This document shows, piece after piece, positions 25,462 through 28,151 of a DNA stretch of 28,151 bases. Origin of the DNA: Myxococcota bacterium. Lineage in GTDB: Bacteria > Myxococcota > JACRCW01. The first letter of the stretch is position 1. Each line of letters starts with the position of its first letter. The stretch covers positions 1 through 28,151 of the forward strand of contig JBFMGU010000140.1 of NCBI GenBank assembly GCA_040752415.1, in the 5' to 3' direction. Both the position numbers and the translations under genes were made by a program. A model generated the notes under the pieces. It had not been told where the DNA came from. It saw nothing but the letters and a program-made list of their open reading frames with translations, and ran no database searches.

Positions 25462-27066
25462 ATGACCACGCGTGAGAGAAGCTTCTGGGGCTGGGGTTGG
25501 GCGGACAAGTTCCCCGACGAGGAAACACGGCGCGCCATGGGTGGGCACGCCCGCGCGCTGTTGGGCGTGGGTGAGCTGACGCCGCGGCCTCCGCCCACCC
25601 TGGAATCCATCACCCTGCCTTCCCCGCGGGTGACGCCCCCCGCGGAGCTGCGTGAGCTGTGCAGCAACGCGCCGGGGGAGCGGGCCGGGCACACGTACGG
25701 AAAGTCCTACCTGGACCTGGTGCGCGGGTTCCGCGGCGACTACTCGCGCGCGCCCGACGTGGTGGCCCGCCCGCGCAGCGAGGAGGACATCACCCGCGTG
25801 CTGGAGTGGTGCGCACGTGAGCGGCTGGCGGTGATCCCCTTTGGCGGCGGCACCAGCGTGGTGCGCGGCGTGGAGCGCCCCCAGGACGGCCGCCACAACG
25901 GCGCGGTGAGCGTGGACCTCACGGCGCTCGACCGGGTGCTCGAGGTGGATCCGGTCTCACGCGCGGCGCGCATCCAGGCGGGCACGCTGGGTCCGGTGCT
26001 GGAGTCGCAGCTGGCGGGTCACGGCATGACGCTGCGCCACTACCCGCAGTCCTTCGAGTTCTCCACGCTGGGCGGCTGGATTGCCACGCGCGCGGGCGGC
26101 CACTTCGCCACGCTGTACACGCACATCGACGAGCTCGTGGAATCCGTCCGCATGATCACGCCGCGCGGGCTGTGGGCTTCCCGTCGGCTGCCCGCTTCCG
26201 GCGCGGGGCCGGCCCCGGACCGGATGGTGCTGGGCTCGGAGGGGACGCTGGGAATCATCACCGAGGCGTGGATGCGCGTGCAGCTCCGGCCGCGCTGGCG
26301 GGCGAGCGCGAGTGTGCTGTTCTCCGACGAGAAATCCGCGGTGGATGCCACGCGCGCGGTGTCGCAGTCCGGCCTGCACCCCTCCAACTGCCGCCTGCTG
26401 GACGCCAACGAGGCGCGCCTCAACGCGGTGCGCGACGACGGCTCGTGCGTGTTGCTGCTCGGTTTCGAGTCGGCGGACCATCCGCTGGAGGCGTGGATGG
26501 GCCGCGCGCTGGCCATCACCGCGGAGCACGGCGGCGCCTGTCCGGACGGCCCCCGCCTGCGTGACGACGGAGAGAAGGTGGGGAGCGGCGCCGCGGAGAG
26601 CTGGCGCGCGGCATTCCTGGAGGCGCCCTACCTGCAGAACGCCATGGTGAGCCTGGGCGTCATCGCCGACACGTTCGAGACGGCCTGCACCTGGGACCGC
26701 TTCGAGACGGTGCACGGCGCGGTGCGGGAGGCCATGCGGGAAGCCATGGAGCGGGTGTGCGGCGGTGGCCTGCTCTCCTGTCGCTTCAGCCACGTCTATC
26801 CCGACGGACCCGCGCCCTATTACACGTTCGTGGCGCCCGCCCGCGTGGGTGCCGAGCTGGAGCAATGGAGCGAGCTGAAACGCGCCGCCGCCGACACGCT
26901 CTCCGCCCACGGCGCCACCATCACGCACCACCACGCCGTGGGTCGCACGCACCGCCCCTGGTACGACCGCGAGCGCCCCGAGCCCTTTGCGCTGGCCCTG
27001 CGCGCGGCCAAGGCGGCCCTGGACCCCGCGGGCATCCTCAACCCCGGCGTGCTGTTCGACCCGTGA
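25462..27066 (+). CDS. FAD-binding oxidoreductase, alkylglycerone-phosphate synthase-like (FAD_binding_4 / FAD-oxidase_C)
   Basis: Motifs FWGWG, PFGGGTSVV, RHYPQSFEFSTLGGWIATRAGGH, GSEGTLGIIT, SHVYPDG, ITHHHAVG and LDPAGILNPG. The ORF-track start at 24526 is a spurious extension antisense to FIST. Confidence 0.93.
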   Translation: MTTRERSFWGWGWADKFPDEETRRAMGGHARALLGVGELTPRPPPTLESITLPSPRVTPPAELRELCSNAPGERAGHTYGKSYLDLVRGFRGDYSRAPDVVARPRSEEDITRVLEWCARERLAVIPFGGGTSVVRGVERPQDGRHNGAVSVDLTALDRVLEVDPVSRAARIQAGTLGPVLESQLAGHGMTLRHYPQSFEFSTLGGWIATRAGGHFATLYTHIDELVESVRMITPRGLWASRRLPASGAGPAPDRMVLGSEGTLGIITEAWMRVQLRPRWRASASVLFSDEKSAVDATRAVSQSGLHPSNCRLLDANEARLNAVRDDGSCVLLLGFESADHPLEAWMGRALAITAEHGGACPDGPRLRDDGEKVGSGAAESWRAAFLEAPYLQNAMVSLGVIADTFETACTWDRFETVHGAVREAMREAMERVCGGGLLSCRFSHVYPDGPAPYYTFVAPARVGAELEQWSELKRAAADTLSAHGATITHHHAVGRTHRPWYDRERPEPFALALRAAKAALDPAGILNPGVLFDP

Positions 27067-27087
27067 CCGGGTTTTCGCCCTGCCCCC

Positions 27088-27135
27088 TTGACAGTTAACG
27101 CGGCGCGTCATAACCCTGATGACGCACTGCGCCAT
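27088..27135 (+). promoter_or_regulatory. Sigma70-type promoter overlapped by two 17-bp PhaR-like palindromic boxes
   Basis: Perfect TTGACA at 27088-27093 with a weak -10 (taaccc) 17 bp downstream. Boxes ttaacgcggcgcgtcat (27095-27111) and atgacgcactgcgccat (27119-27135) fit ATGnnGCAnTGCnnCAT, the first imperfectly. Confidence 0.55.
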
Positions 27136-27156
27136 GGAGGCGCAACGAGGACCGTC

Positions 27157-27636
27157 ATGGCTTCACGCAACACGCAGGTTCGCAGCCGTCGCAGCAATGT
27201 CTCCCGTCGTCGTCCGGCCCCCGCGGAGGCGCTCCAGCCGCTCCCGCAGCCCGTCCTGGAGGAGGCGGCGGCCCGCGCGGCGGAGCTGTTGGATGAAGGT
27301 GAGCAGAAGGCGGTGGAGCTGGCGCACGCGGGGCGCCAGGAGGTGGAGCGCACGCTCCGCAGGGTCACGCACAACGCGGAGGAGCTGCGGGACAACCTGC
27401 TGCGGGAGGGGCGACGCGCGCGGCGTCGCACGGTGGATGGGGCGCGTCGGCTGGTGCGCCAGCTCCGTCAGAGTCGCGCGGCGCGGACGGTGGAGGCCCT
27501 GCCGGAGCGCGTGACCCACGGCGTCGACGTGGCGCTGGGCTCGGTGGGCCTGATGCGCCTTTCCGTCCATCAGCGGGAGATGGACTCGCTCCGTCGGAAG
27601 CTGGGCGGCCGCCGCACCCGTCGCGCGGCGCACTGA
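27157..27636 (+). CDS. Phasin-like / PHA-granule-associated coiled-coil protein
   Basis: GAGG RBS before ATG 27157. Amphipathic helical protein with C-terminal VDVALGSVGL...REMDSLRRKL, resembling the PhaF/PhaI-type tail. PhaR-like boxes lie upstream. Confidence 0.65.
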   Translation: MASRNTQVRSRRSNVSRRRPAPAEALQPLPQPVLEEAAARAAELLDEGEQKAVELAHAGRQEVERTLRRVTHNAEELRDNLLREGRRARRRTVDGARRLVRQLRQSRAARTVEALPERVTHGVDVALGSVGLMRLSVHQREMDSLRRKLGGRRTRRAAH

Positions 27637-27693
27637 CCGATTCCTTGACCGCCCGAAGCCAGGAGGCGCCCGCGTGACGACGACGGCGAGCAC

Positions 27694-27720
27694 CTTCTGA
27701 CTTCTGACTCCTGACTTCCT
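27694..27720. repeat. Heptamer tandem repeat (CTTCTGA) x ~4
   Basis: cttctga-cttctga-ctcctga-cttcct between convergent genes. Confidence 0.7.
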
Positions 27721-27743
27721 TCCCGGGATGGTCCGAGCGTCCC

Positions 27744-28151
27744 TCAGTTGATCTGCAGATTGGCCGCCGCCACCCCGTTGCCGCCGGGGCCGCCCACCGC
27801 GCCATTGGGGCTGCTGCCGCCGCCACCGCCGAATCCCGGGACACCGGTGGTGCAGCTGTTCTGGGTGAACGTGCTCACCACCCCGATGCCGCGCGCCAGG
27901 CATGCGCTGGGACCGCCACCACCGCCACCGCCGGGCCCGCCCACGCCACCCGGCCCGCCGTTGCCGCCCTCGCCACCCGCCCCGGAATCGTAGACGGCGT
28001 TGCCGCCATTGCCGCCGCTGCCCGGAGCCTGGCCCGCGGTGCCATTGCCGCCCGCGCCACCCGCGCCACCCGCGCCCGTGGTGATGTCATTGCCGCTCAC
28101 CACCACGTTGCCCGCCACCGCGAACACGCCAAAGCTGCCGCCCCCGCCCTG
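27744..28151 (-). CDS. C-terminal end of a Gly-rich (PGRS-like) protein, 5'-partial
   Basis: The frame is open to the window end (QGGGGSFGVFAVAGNVVV...GAGGAGGAGGNG...GGGGGGGPSA...NLQIN*). GGxGGxGG repeats are typical of myxobacterial PGRS-like proteins. Confidence 0.85.
   Translation of the reverse strand, partial: QGGGGSFGVFAVAGNVVVSGNDITTGAGGAGGAGGNGTAGQAPGSGGNGGNAVYDSGAGGEGGNGGPGGVGGPGGGGGGGPSACLARGIGVVSTFTQNSCTTGVPGFGGGGGSSPNGAVGGPGGNGVAAANLQIN

Noticed and set aside
1..28151. rRNA, tRNA, transposase, integrase, prophage or sigma54 promoter
   Set aside because: No recognisable signatures were found by eye. The TGGCACG hits at ~6352 (-) and ~14249 (+) lack a correctly spaced TTGC.

Overview
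High-GC bacterial DNA whose gene content looks myxobacterial (Myxococcota): lipoproteins, Cys-rich repeat proteins, PilZ, an ECF sigma factor, FIST and a Gly-rich PGRS-like protein. This taxonomy is an inference. About 21 protein genes are supportable. In order: an S8 subtilase lipoprotein, a secreted hypothetical, an AlgG-like beta-helix protein (YGIDPHD), a PilZ protein, a LIP-family lipase, an ECF sigma factor, a four-gene type IV minor-pilin cassette (fimU-pilV-pilW-giant pilX, no pilY1), two hypotheticals, an SMP-30/gluconolactonase lipoprotein, a Cys-rich repeat lipoprotein broken by a single extra base at ~18124, a hypothetical, two tandem paralogous membrane proteins, a FIST sensor with a coupled small partner, an alkylglycerone-phosphate-synthase-like FAD oxidase, a phasin-like gene with PhaR-type boxes, and the 3' end of a Gly-rich gene. 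The best leads are (i) the PilY1-less pilin cassette, whose 866-aa PilX carries a large HpsA/ComZ-like domain; (ii) a ~144-nt non-coding element at 93-236 closed by a 24-bp inverted repeat with nested stems; (iii) a stand-alone AlgG-like epimerase with a CBM-like tail; and (iv) the frameshifted Cys-rich gene. No rRNA, tRNA, CRISPR array or transposase was seen. All family calls come from motif recognition by eye, not from database searches.
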